From contig JAXHLW010000001.1 in assembly GCA_034521815.1 (NCBI GenBank), positions 256,001 to 320,000 of the forward strand: a stretch of 64,000 bases of DNA. Direction: 5' to 3'. The translations under genes were made by a program, and so were the position numbers. This stretch comes from Trueperaceae bacterium (GTDB lineage: Bacteria > Deinococcota > Deinococci > Deinococcales > Trueperaceae). Numbering within the stretch: the stretch's first letter is position 1; each line of letters opens with the position of its first letter. Below, one piece after another: positions 1-8,273 of this stretch. The notes beneath the pieces were generated by a model that did no database searches, was not told where the DNA came from, and saw only the letters and a list, made by a program, of their open reading frames with translations.

Positions 1-2
1 GG

Positions 3-284
3 CGAGGGCGGATCGAGGAGCTCCGCGAGACGATCGTTCGCGACGCTCGTTCGCGCGCCGCGCGTGCGGGGGTGGAGCTGGTGGTCGAGGACTCGCGCCG
101 CAGCTCGGACGTCGCTCTGCTCTGGTTCTCCGGCGAGCGCCGGCCGGTGCTGGCGATCGTCGGCGACTGGGAGCCCGACGAGCCGGTCGAGCTGCAGATC
201 GCGCACGCCGGGCCCCGCGGCGCTCGCTACGAGCTCGCGCTCTACGTCGTGGCGCGAAGCGACCGGTCGCCAGCGGCCGACTGA
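3..284 (+). CDS. 3' part of hypothetical protein (truncated by window start)
   Basis: Frame is open from position 3 (RGRIEELRETIVRD...) to TGA at 282-284 with GC3-rich codons; no family recognised. Confidence 0.6.
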   Translation, partial: RGRIEELRETIVRDARSRAARAGVELVVEDSRRSSDVALLWFSGERRPVLAIVGDWEPDEPVELQIAHAGPRGARYELALYVVARSDRSPAAD

Positions 285-351
285 CGCACCATCGCAGGTG
301 GGCCGCGGCGCGGTGCGACGGACGCGACCGGCCGACCATGCGAATACCCTC

Positions 352-380
352 TTGCATATGCTGAGCGAACCTGCTACGTT
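352..380 (+). promoter_or_regulatory. sigma70-type promoter
   Basis: TTGCAT(352-357)-17 nt-TACGTT(375-380) with extended -10 TG. Confidence 0.6.
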
Positions 381-433
381 GCGATCTGCGGACGATGGCG
401 TCCGCGCACATCCCACGAGAGGCAGGTGAAACG

Positions 434-544
434 ATGATTCGAGACGTCGGCTCCATGCTCCAGCGCAAGGCGGCCCTCCACGGCCGCGCGCTGCCCGGCT
501 TCGTCGTGCCTGCCGGGGACGGTTCGAGAGGTCGCGTCTCGTAG
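434..544 (+). CDS. putative 36-aa small/leader peptide MIRDVGSMLQRKAALHGRALPGFVVPAGDGSRGRVS
   Basis: Translated by hand; SD-like GCAGGTG upstream; lies between the promoter at 352 and the terminator at 571. Confidence 0.4.
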   Translation: MIRDVGSMLQRKAALHGRALPGFVVPAGDGSRGRVS

Positions 545-570
545 ACGCGCCACGCCTTCGCGATCCGCTC

Positions 571-606
571 CCCCCTCGGCACAGAAGCGCCGAGGGGGTT
601 CTTCTT
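571..606 (+). terminator. intrinsic terminator
   Basis: CCCCCTCGGC-8 nt loop-GCCGAGGGGG followed by TTCTTCTT. Confidence 0.75.
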
Positions 607-714
607 GGCCCGAGGCGCGATAGCGAGACCCGAGGGCGAGCCGTCACGAGCGAGGCGATCGAAACGAATCCTTGGCGAATGGCATGTCGGAACGCACACT
701 CTATAAAGCACCGC

Positions 715-743
715 TTGACAGATGATCCATCTCATCGTAGGAT
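715..743 (+). promoter_or_regulatory. near-consensus sigma70 promoter with inverted repeat in spacer
   Basis: TTGACA-17 nt-TAGGAT; GATGA-N6-TCATC at 721-736. Confidence 0.7.
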
Positions 744-764
744 TCCTCTCAAGGAGGACGTCGG

Positions 765-965
765 ATGCACCACTTCGAAACGATCTACCGGATCCAGTCC
801 GATCGGGCCGAGGGACTTCGCGACGACGCGGCTCGCGCCCGCCAGCTGACCGCAGCGCGCGGTCTCCGCACCGGCGGACTCCGAGCCACCACGGCACGTT
901 GGCTTCGCGACCTCGCCGAGCTGCTCGACCCTCGGCCCCGTGCGGCCAACGCGCGCACGACCTGA
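765..965 (+). CDS. small hypothetical protein (66 aa)
   Basis: SD AAGGAGG, own promoter and downstream terminator. Confidence 0.7.
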   Translation: MHHFETIYRIQSDRAEGLRDDAARARQLTAARGLRTGGLRATTARWLRDLAELLDPRPRAANARTT

Positions 966-1009
966 GTCCGCTCGAAGGACGACCACGCCGGACGACGCAG
1001 GACGTCCCG

Positions 1010-1052
1010 AACCGACCCGCCAGCCGCACGACCGGGCTCGCGGGTCGGTTTT
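1010..1052. terminator. hairpin terminator between convergent genes
   Basis: AACCGACCCGC...GCGGGTCGGTT followed by TT. Confidence 0.6.
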
Positions 1053-1909
1053 CAGCTCGCGCGACCCAGGGCCAGCATCGCGACGCCCGCCGCCATCGCC
1101 GTCGCGGCCAGCAGCCGGCGCGCGACCTGTCCCTCCTGCAGCAGGCCGGTCCCCAGCGCGACGCCGATCAGGATGCTGACCTCGCGGGTCGGCGCGACCT
1201 GACTGACCGGCGCCAAGCGGAACGCGTAGAGGACCAGCAGGTACGCCAGCGGGCTGAGCACGCCGACACCGATCAGCGCCCGACGCGACTCGCGCCAGGC
1301 GCGCCGGACCTCCTCCCGGCGAATCCAGGCCACCGGTGCCAGGATGACCGCCCGCACCGTCTCGGACAGCCACATGTAGAGCAACGGCGCGACGCCGATG
1401 CGCGCGACCGCGGTCGCGTCCCACACCGAGTACGCCGCGATGAACACACCGGTCGCCAGGCCGGCACGAACGGCGCGACCCGACCCGGCCGCGCGGCCGC
1501 CCGCCAAGCCGAACGCCGCAGCCGCGACCAGCGCGGTGCCCAGCACGACCAGCAGCCCGGGACGCTCGCCGAGCAACGCGACCGCTGCGAGCGTCGCCAG
1601 CGCCGGCCCGCTCCCGCGCGCCAACGGGTAGATCAGCGACAGGTCGCCCAGGCGGTAGCCGCGCTGAAGCGACACGAAGTAACCGACGTGCAGCAAGGCC
1701 GAGCCCGCCACGAACGCCCACGCCAGTCGCGGGAGAGGTCCGTCCAGCGAACGCGCCGCGACGATTCCGGCCGGCAGCGTCGCCACCGACGCCACCGCCG
1801 CGTAGGCCCACGCCACCCCGAATCCGCCGAGCACACGCTTGGCCAGGAGGTTCCAGCTCGCATGGATCCCGGCCGAGGCCAGGACGAGGGTCAGGGCGAG
1901 AGGATCCAC
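1052..1909 (-). CDS. EamA/DMT family transporter
   Basis: About 10 hydrophobic segments; HASWNLLAK, GDLSLIYPLARGSGP and VAPTREVSI motifs. Confidence 0.88.
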   Translation of the reverse strand: MDPLALTLVLASAGIHASWNLLAKRVLGGFGVAWAYAAVASVATLPAGIVAARSLDGPLPRLAWAFVAGSALLHVGYFVSLQRGYRLGDLSLIYPLARGSGPALATLAAVALLGERPGLLVVLGTALVAAAAFGLAGGRAAGSGRAVRAGLATGVFIAAYSVWDATAVARIGVAPLLYMWLSETVRAVILAPVAWIRREEVRRAWRESRRALIGVGVLSPLAYLLVLYAFRLAPVSQVAPTREVSILIGVALGTGLLQEGQVARRLLAATAMAAGVAMLALGRAS

Positions 1910-1991
1910 GACGTGCCCGTCTCAGCGACCCGTCCAGCGACCCGTCCGACGGCTCGCGCCACGCTCGCGGCCGAGGCTCGGGCAGGCGCGA

Positions 1992-2936
1992 TCACCTCAC
2001 GTACGTCAGCCAGTCCGTGAACCGGGTGTCACGCCCCTCGACCGCGTTCAGGTACCACTCGCGCATCCGCATCGCGAACGGTCCGGCCTTGCCCTGGCCG
2101 ATCGGCCTGCGATCGATCTCGGCGATCGGGGTGACCTCCGCCGCGGTGCCGACCATGAACACCTCGTCGGCCGTGTACAGCTCGTCTCGTGTGGCCCACG
2201 TCTCGCGGACCTCGACCCCCTGCGCCGTCGCGATCGCGATCACGCTGTCGCGCGTGATGCCGCGAAGGTTCACCGAATGGACGACGGGGAAGAGGACGCC
2301 GTCGCGGACCATGAACAGGTTCTCGCCCGAGCCTTCGGCGACGAAGCCGTTCTCGTCCAGCAGCAGGGCCTCGTCGTACCCCAGCTCGCGCGCCTCCTGG
2401 TTCGCGAGGACGCTGTTGACGTAGTTGCCGCCCGCCTTGGCCTTGGTCGGCATCACGTCGGGCGGGCTCCGCCTCCAGCTCGACGTGATCAGACGTGCGC
2501 CCTGGGCGACGGCGTCGTCGCCCAGGTAGGTGCCCCACGACCAGGTCGCGACCATGAAGTGCACCCGGTTCCGTGCCGGGCTGATGCCCAGCGACTCCGG
2601 CCCGTACCAGAGAAGGGGACGGATGTAGCAGGCCGTACGGTCGTTGCCCCGGACGGTCGTGATCACCGCCTCGTCGATCTCCTGGACGCTGGGCACGCCC
2701 GGCATCCCCAGGATCTTGGCCGAGTCCAGCAGACGGCGGCTATGGTCGTGAAGGCGGAAGATCGCCGCGCCGCGATCCGTGGCGTAGGCGCGCGCGCCCT
2801 CGAACACGCTGGTGCCGTAGTGCAGCGCGTGGCTGAGGACCGAGACGGTGGCTTCCTCCTGTGGGACGAGGCGCCCGTCGAACCAGATCCGTCCGGCGTC
2901 GATGCCGGGAGCGGGGCGACCGTTCGAATCTGCCAT
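1992..2936 (-). CDS. ilvE: branched-chain amino acid aminotransferase
   Basis: HALHYGTSVFEG, KAKAGGNYVNS, EGSGENLF, LRGITR, GTAAEVTP; start trimmed to ATG 2936. Confidence 0.95.
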   Translation of the reverse strand: MADSNGRPAPGIDAGRIWFDGRLVPQEEATVSVLSHALHYGTSVFEGARAYATDRGAAIFRLHDHSRRLLDSAKILGMPGVPSVQEIDEAVITTVRGNDRTACYIRPLLWYGPESLGISPARNRVHFMVATWSWGTYLGDDAVAQGARLITSSWRRSPPDVMPTKAKAGGNYVNSVLANQEARELGYDEALLLDENGFVAEGSGENLFMVRDGVLFPVVHSVNLRGITRDSVIAIATAQGVEVRETWATRDELYTADEVFMVGTAAEVTPIAEIDRRPIGQGKAGPFAMRMREWYLNAVEGRDTRFTDWLTYVR

Positions 2937-3038
2937 GAGTGAAAATCCCTTCAGAGATGACGTGTCCGCCCATCGTACAGGCCTGCGGCGCGCCTGGGCG
3001 CGTTGTGCCGTGTGGCGGCGTCCCGGTACACTGCGGTC

Positions 3039-4019
3039 ATGCGCATCCTCGTCACCGGCGGCGCCGGCTACATCGGCAGCGTGACCGCCGCCGCGCTTCT
3101 CGACCGTGGACACGACGTCGTCGTGCTCGACGATCTACGCACCGGGCATCGCGAGGCGGTTCCGGACGGTGCCGCGTTCGTCCGCGCCGACGTGGCGGAC
3201 GTCGCTACGGTCGCAGCGACGCTGAGCCGACACGATTCGGAGGCGATCGTCCACTTCGCGGCGAGCTCGCTGGTGGGCGAGTCGATGGAGCGTCCGATGG
3301 CCTACTTCGCGAACAACACCGGCGGAACGCTGGCGCTGCTGGACACGGCGCTGCGCAAAGGCGTGCGCCGGTTCGTGCTCTCCTCGACGGCCGCGCTGTA
3401 CGGCACGCCGGACACGGTGCCGATCCCCGAGGACGCCCCCCTGCATCCAGAGAGCGTGTACGGCGAATCGAAGTACCTGATCGAGAGGATGCTCGGCTGG
3501 CTGGGACGGACCGCTGGACTGGGCTGGACCGCGCTGCGCTACTTCAACGCCGCCGGCGCGACCACCGACAGGGGCGAGGACCACCGACCCGAGTCCCACC
3601 TGATCCCGATCGTGCTGCAGACCGCCCTGGGCCAGCGTGCCGAGGTCGCCATCTTCGGAATGGACTACCCGACCCCCGACGGGACGGCCGTTCGCGACTA
3701 CGTGCACGTCGCCGATCTGGCCAGCGCCCACATCGCTGCGGTCGAGGCGATCCGGCCCGGTCAGGGCGCGGCGTACAACGTGGGCACCGGCCAGGGGTTC
3801 AGCGTCGCCGAGGTCGTCGCCGCCTGTCGCGACGTCACCGGCCATGAGATCCCGGCCGAGGTCGCGCCCCGGCGCGCCGGGGACCCGCCCCGACTGGTGG
3901 CCGACGCGAGCCGCATCCGCAGCGCCCTCGGATGGGAGCCCAGGACGACCGAGCTCCGCGACATCGTCGCGTCCGCCTGGCGTTGGCACCAGGCCCATCC
4001 GCACGGATACGAACAGTGA
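3039..4019 (+). CDS. galE: UDP-glucose 4-epimerase
   Basis: ILVTGGAGYIGS, YGESK, LRYFNAAGA, DGTAVRDYVHV; leaderless start. Confidence 0.95.
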   Translation: MRILVTGGAGYIGSVTAAALLDRGHDVVVLDDLRTGHREAVPDGAAFVRADVADVATVAATLSRHDSEAIVHFAASSLVGESMERPMAYFANNTGGTLALLDTALRKGVRRFVLSSTAALYGTPDTVPIPEDAPLHPESVYGESKYLIERMLGWLGRTAGLGWTALRYFNAAGATTDRGEDHRPESHLIPIVLQTALGQRAEVAIFGMDYPTPDGTAVRDYVHVADLASAHIAAVEAIRPGQGAAYNVGTGQGFSVAEVVAACRDVTGHEIPAEVAPRRAGDPPRLVADASRIRSALGWEPRTTELRDIVASAWRWHQAHPHGYEQ

Positions 4020-4197
4020 CGTGGACGGCCGCGGGGACGCCGATGACGGACGTCCATCGTCAGGCGCCACACGGGCACCTCACTGGGCCGTGATATACCC
4101 TTTGCGACCTGCCCCGAGGTCCTTTGCCCACACACCTGCCGCCCCCCGGCGGCCGACGGCGCGGGCGGGCCTGAACGACCCGCGTTTGGAGACCACC

Positions 4198-4803
4198 ATG
4201 AGACGAAGCGTCACGACCCTCCTCGTTCTGATCCTCCTGCTCGGAAGCGCCTTCGCGCAGCGGGTCACGCTCTCGGGCGTGATCGACAGCGAGGAGCCCC
4301 TTCCGGACGGCACCCGCCTCGGCGTCCAGATTCTCGACGCGGACGACGCCTGGAGCCACGAAGCCGGGAGCGTCGTGCCCGTCGCCGGCAGCTTCCGCCT
4401 GGAGGTCGAGCCCGCTCCAGAGGATCTTCTTCGACCGTTCCGCAGCGGCTCGGTGCTGCTGCCTGGCCTGCAGAACGAGTATCGCGTCGAGACCGAGGGC
4501 GTGCGCTACGTGCAGGGCTCGCTGGCCATGTACCTCGACGCGAACGGCGACGGCGTCTGGACCCGCGATCCCGAGCGCGACCCGTTCTTCCTGGCCCTGT
4601 CCCAGCTCGAGCGACCGATCGGGTTCTTCACGCTGATCTACGTCGACCGCGCCGCGGTGATGACCGGCAGCGGCGTCGAGCTGGAGCTTCAGCCGGGCTG
4701 GAACGTGTACACCGTCCGCTTCCCCGAGAGCGGTCCGGCCTATGCGGTGCGGACCGCGGTCGACGACATCGCGCTCGAAGTGCTCGATCTCGTGCCTCGC
4801 TGA
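4198..4803 (+). CDS. secreted hypothetical protein
   Basis: Signal peptide MRRSVTTLLVLILLLGSAFA|Q, SD GGAG; YLDANGDG and LQPGWN motifs. Confidence 0.75.
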   Translation: MRRSVTTLLVLILLLGSAFAQRVTLSGVIDSEEPLPDGTRLGVQILDADDAWSHEAGSVVPVAGSFRLEVEPAPEDLLRPFRSGSVLLPGLQNEYRVETEGVRYVQGSLAMYLDANGDGVWTRDPERDPFFLALSQLERPIGFFTLIYVDRAAVMTGSGVELELQPGWNVYTVRFPESGPAYAVRTAVDDIALEVLDLVPR

Positions 4804-4851
4804 GCGGTGCGATCGACGCGCCCCCACCCCCCGCGCTGATATAACGGCGGC

Positions 4852-5325
4852 ATGGACATCTGGGAGGGTTCCCTCGTCGGCGATGGCGTGCGCGTCGCCG
4901 TCGTCGTGAGCCGATTCAACGATCTGGTGACGCGACGTCTTCTCGACGGGGCGCTCGACGCGCTGCGGCGGAGCGGCGTGGCCGACGGCGACGTGAGCGT
5001 CACCTGGGTGCCCGGCGCGGTCGAGATCCCGTTGGCCGCGTCCCGCTTGGCCTCGAGCGGGCGCTACGACGCGGTGATCACCCTCGGTGCGGTGATCCGC
5101 GGAGCGACCAGCCACTACGACCACGTCTGCTCGATCGTCGCCTCGGGCGTGGCTCGCGCATCGGAGCGGAGCGGCGTGCCCGTCGTGTTCGGCGTGCTCA
5201 CCACCGACACGATCGAGCAGGCGCTCGAGCGGGCCGGCACCAAGGCCGGCAACAAGGGCGCCGACGCTGCGCATAGCGCGATCGAGATGGCGAACCTGAT
5301 GCGCGAGCTTCCGACCCCGACATGA
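4852..5325 (+). CDS. ribH: 6,7-dimethyl-8-ribityllumazine synthase
   Basis: [34 protein letters not shown]. Confidence 0.96.
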   Translation: MDIWEGSLVGDGVRVAVVVSRFNDLVTRRLLDGALDALRRSGVADGDVSVTWVPGAVEIPLAASRLASSGRYDAVITLGAVIRGATSHYDHVCSIVASGVARASERSGVPVVFGVLTTDTIEQALERAGTKAGNKGADAAHSAIEMANLMRELPTPT

Positions 5326-6155
5326 CCGTGCCGTCCACGCCCGAGGCGACCGCGCCCACGCCCGAGCCGTCCACGCCCGAGCCGTCCACGCCCACGCCCA
5401 GCGCCGGCGATCGCTGGCGTCAGTCGCTGGTGCTGGTGACCATCCTCGCCACGATCGCGATGAACGCCCTCGCGAACATCTTGCCGTTGATGGGACGCGC
5501 CACCGGCGACATCTCGGATGCGTATCCCGTGCCGTTCACGCCGTCGGGATACGTGTTCTCGATCTGGGGCGTGATCTACCTCGGCCTGATCGTGTTCGGC
5601 ATCTGGCAGGCGCGTCCCGGGCAGGCGCACGACCCGCGGCTCAGGGCCGCCGCGCCGTGGATCGTCCTTTCGGGCGCGTTCAACGTCGCCTGGCTGGTCG
5701 CCTGGCACGCCGAGCGCGTCGTGCTGTCCACGCTGCCGATCGTGGGGCTGCTGGTGTCGCTGATCGTCATCTACGAGACGCTCGGTCGCGGTCCGGCGGG
5801 CCTGGGCATGCGGTTCGGCGCGCGGCTGCCGTTCAGTCTCTACCTCGGCTGGCTCACCGTCGCGACGGTCGCGAACGTCGCCGTCGCGGGCTGGGCGCTG
5901 GGCTGGCGCGGCGCCCCGTTCGGCGCCGAGGTCTGGGCCCTGGTGATGATCGCCGTGGCCAGCCTCATCGGCCTCCGCATGCTGCAGGTACGCCGCGACG
6001 TCGCGTTCGCCCTGGTGCTGGTGTGGGCGTTCGTCGGCATCGCCGTGAGCGCCGGCGTCCCGAGCCTCCTCGCGGGCGGAGCGCTTCTGTTCGCCGCCCT
6101 GGTGCTCGGCGGTGCGGTCGGCCGCGTCGTGCGCGCCGGCGGAGACGCGAGATGA
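5322..6155 (+). CDS. TspO/MBR-related Trp-rich membrane protein
   Basis: [15 protein letters not shown] and [16 protein letters not shown] motifs; ATGA overlap with ribH; PSTPE repeats at N-terminus. Confidence 0.75.
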   Translation: MTVPSTPEATAPTPEPSTPEPSTPTPSAGDRWRQSLVLVTILATIAMNALANILPLMGRATGDISDAYPVPFTPSGYVFSIWGVIYLGLIVFGIWQARPGQAHDPRLRAAAPWIVLSGAFNVAWLVAWHAERVVLSTLPIVGLLVSLIVIYETLGRGPAGLGMRFGARLPFSLYLGWLTVATVANVAVAGWALGWRGAPFGAEVWALVMIAVASLIGLRMLQVRRDVAFALVLVWAFVGIAVSAGVPSLLAGGALLFAALVLGGAVGRVVRAGGDAR

Positions 6156-6538
6156 GCGACGAGCCGAAGACGACCTGGACCGACCGCGAGATCGTGCTCG
6201 AGTACTTCCCGGCCACGACCCAGCGGCTGGTTCCCCGCTCGCTCCGGTTCCGCGTCGAAGACGCGGCCGACGGCCAGCTGGTCGTCCGGGATCCTGACGA
6301 CGAGGTCGCCGCGCGCTTGACGGCGGTACCGCCGGCCGGCAACCCGACCGGCGAGCTGTGCTGCGATCTGTGCCAACGGACCGGCACGCGCCGCTGGCTG
6401 GGGGTGTACCGGGCCGAGATGCCCGCCCCTGGCGGACGGCGCTTCCGCTACCTCACCGCCTGCCGCGACCGCCGCGCCTGCGAGGAACGGCGACTGGACG
6501 ACGACGGGATCGAGTCGCTGTTGCGACGAGGCTCGTGA
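6152..6538 (+). CDS. small putative Zn-binding protein (FBP/FusB C-terminal treble-clef-like)
   Basis: ATGA overlap with upstream gene; CCDLC...ACRDRRAC. Confidence 0.6.
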   Translation: MSDEPKTTWTDREIVLEYFPATTQRLVPRSLRFRVEDAADGQLVVRDPDDEVAARLTAVPPAGNPTGELCCDLCQRTGTRRWLGVYRAEMPAPGGRRFRYLTACRDRRACEERRLDDDGIESLLRRGS

Positions 6539-6597
6539 TCGCGGCACGGCTGCGCCTGCCCGCTGGGCTGCGCGTGCCGGCTAGGTAGGGTGCGGGC

Positions 6598-7881
6598 ATG
6601 ACCCGCCACCGTTTCGCGTCGCGTCGCGTGCGTGCCATGCCGGCCAGCGTGTTCGCCACCATGGACCGGGCCAAGAGCGAGGCCGCGGCCCGTGGCCTGG
6701 AGGTGATCGACCTCTCGATCGGCTCGTCCGACCTGCCGCCGCCGCCGACCGCCCTCGCGGCGATCCGCGACGCCGCGCACGACCCCGCCACGCACGGCTA
6801 CTGCCTTCACGCGGGGACGCGGCCGCTGCGCGAGGCCGCCGTCGCCTGGTACCGCCGTCGCTACGGGCTGGAGCTCGATCCCGAGCGCGAAGCGCTGGCG
6901 CTGATCGGCGCGCAGGAGGGATTCTCGTCGCTGCTGCTCGCGGTGACCGACCCGGGCGACGCGATCCTCCTGCCCGAGCCGGGCTATCCGAGCTGGTTCG
7001 GCGCGGTCGCGCTGGCCGGGCTCGAGCGCGTGCCCCTGCCGCTGAGCGAGGCGAACCGCTTCCTGCCCGACTTGGACGCGGTGGCGCCCGACGTCGCTGA
7101 GCGCGCGAAGGTGCTGGTTCTCAGCTACCCGAACAATCCCACCGCCGCGACGGCGGACGCCGCGTTCTTCGCGCGGGCCGTCGCCTGGTGCGAGCGCCAC
7201 GATCTGCTGCTCCTCCACGATTTTCCCTACGTGGACCTGGTGTTCGGAGCTGCCGACGCGCCCTCGGCCCTCGCCGCGCCCGGCGGCCGCGAGCGGGTGG
7301 TGGAGCTGTACTCGTTCAGCAAGAGCTTCCACATGGCCGGCTTCCGGATCGGGTTCGCGCTGGGCGCGGCCGAGGCGATCGACGCGCTGGCGCGGGTGAA
7401 GGGAGCGGTGGACTTCAACGCCTGGGCCGGAATTCAGCGCGGGGCGGTGGCGGCGCTGGGGGCGCCGCGCGAGCGGGTCCGCGCCGACGCCGAGCGCTAC
7501 CGCGTCCGTCGCGACGCGCTGGTCCGCGCGCTGAACGACGCCGGTGTGCCGACCGCCGTGCCCGAGGCCAGCATGTACGTCTGGACGCGCCTGCCGGGCG
7601 GGGCCACCGACTCCGCCGCCTTCGCGGCGGAGCTGGTCGCCGAGACGGGGGTGGCGGTGTCGCCCGGGATCGGGTTCGGCCCGAGCGGCGAGGGGTGGAT
7701 GCGGCTGGCGCTGGTGCGCGAGCCGGAGGTGCTCAGCGAAGCCGCCGCGCGGATCGGGGCAATCGACAGCAGCCCGACGCCGTTGACGATCAGGTGCGCC
7801 GCCACGGCGGGCGCCAGCCGTCCCGTGAGCACCACCACGCCGCCCAGGGCCAGCCCCGACGCGGCCACGAACAGCGGATAG
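6598..7881 (+). CDS. class I/II PLP aminotransferase (LL-DAP aminotransferase-like)
   Basis: IDLSIGSSD, SYPNNPT, HDFPY, SFSKSFHMAGFRIG; homology appears to end near 7760. Confidence 0.88.
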   Translation: MTRHRFASRRVRAMPASVFATMDRAKSEAAARGLEVIDLSIGSSDLPPPPTALAAIRDAAHDPATHGYCLHAGTRPLREAAVAWYRRRYGLELDPEREALALIGAQEGFSSLLLAVTDPGDAILLPEPGYPSWFGAVALAGLERVPLPLSEANRFLPDLDAVAPDVAERAKVLVLSYPNNPTAATADAAFFARAVAWCERHDLLLLHDFPYVDLVFGAADAPSALAAPGGRERVVELYSFSKSFHMAGFRIGFALGAAEAIDALARVKGAVDFNAWAGIQRGAVAALGAPRERVRADAERYRVRRDALVRALNDAGVPTAVPEASMYVWTRLPGGATDSAAFAAELVAETGVAVSPGIGFGPSGEGWMRLALVREPEVLSEAAARIGAIDSSPTPLTIRCAATAGASRPVSTTTPPRASPDAATNSG

Positions 7882-8273
7882 CTCCAGCCCCGCCGGCCGG
7901 CGGGGTGCAGCGCGCCGAACAGCAGCGCTTGCGGGACGAGGCCGATCGCCTCGAGCAGCATTCCCCGGAACAGCAGCTCCTCGCCCAGCGACGTCGCCAG
8001 CGCCAGCGCCACGGCCACGGTCCGGGAGGGGGCCAGCCGGGCCAGGGCTCGCTCGGTGGCGCGCGCCACCCACCTGAACGACCGCACGTTCCGCTCGAGC
8101 CACCACGACGCCGCCAGCAGCGCCCCGCCCGTGGCCGCCCCCGCCGCCAAGGAAGGCCAGAGCGCCAGCGTCGGCGTGCGTGACGGGGGATCGAACGCCC
8201 ACCAGATCGCGCCCGCCAGGCCTGCGGCCAGGCTCGGGCCGAACGCGACCCAGGTCGCGATCCGTCGGCTCAC
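7497..8273 (-). CDS. CPBP (CAAX/Abi) family intramembrane metalloprotease
   Basis: EELLFRG, FGALH, AHLIVN motifs; GTGA overlap with upstream gene; homology appears to end near 7760. Confidence 0.85.
   Translation of the reverse strand: MSRRIATWVAFGPSLAAGLAGAIWWAFDPPSRTPTLALWPSLAAGAATGGALLAASWWLERNVRSFRWVARATERALARLAPSRTVAVALALATSLGEELLFRGMLLEAIGLVPQALLFGALHPAGRRGWSYPLFVAASGLALGGVVVLTGRLAPAVAAHLIVNGVGLLSIAPIRAAASLSTSGSRTSASRIHPSPLGPNPIPGDTATPVSATSSAAKAAESVAPPGRRVQTYMLASGTAVGTPASFSARTSASRRTR

Noticed and set aside
4804-4851. FMN riboswitch before ribH
   Set aside because: Intergenic space is under 50 nt and the gene appears leaderless
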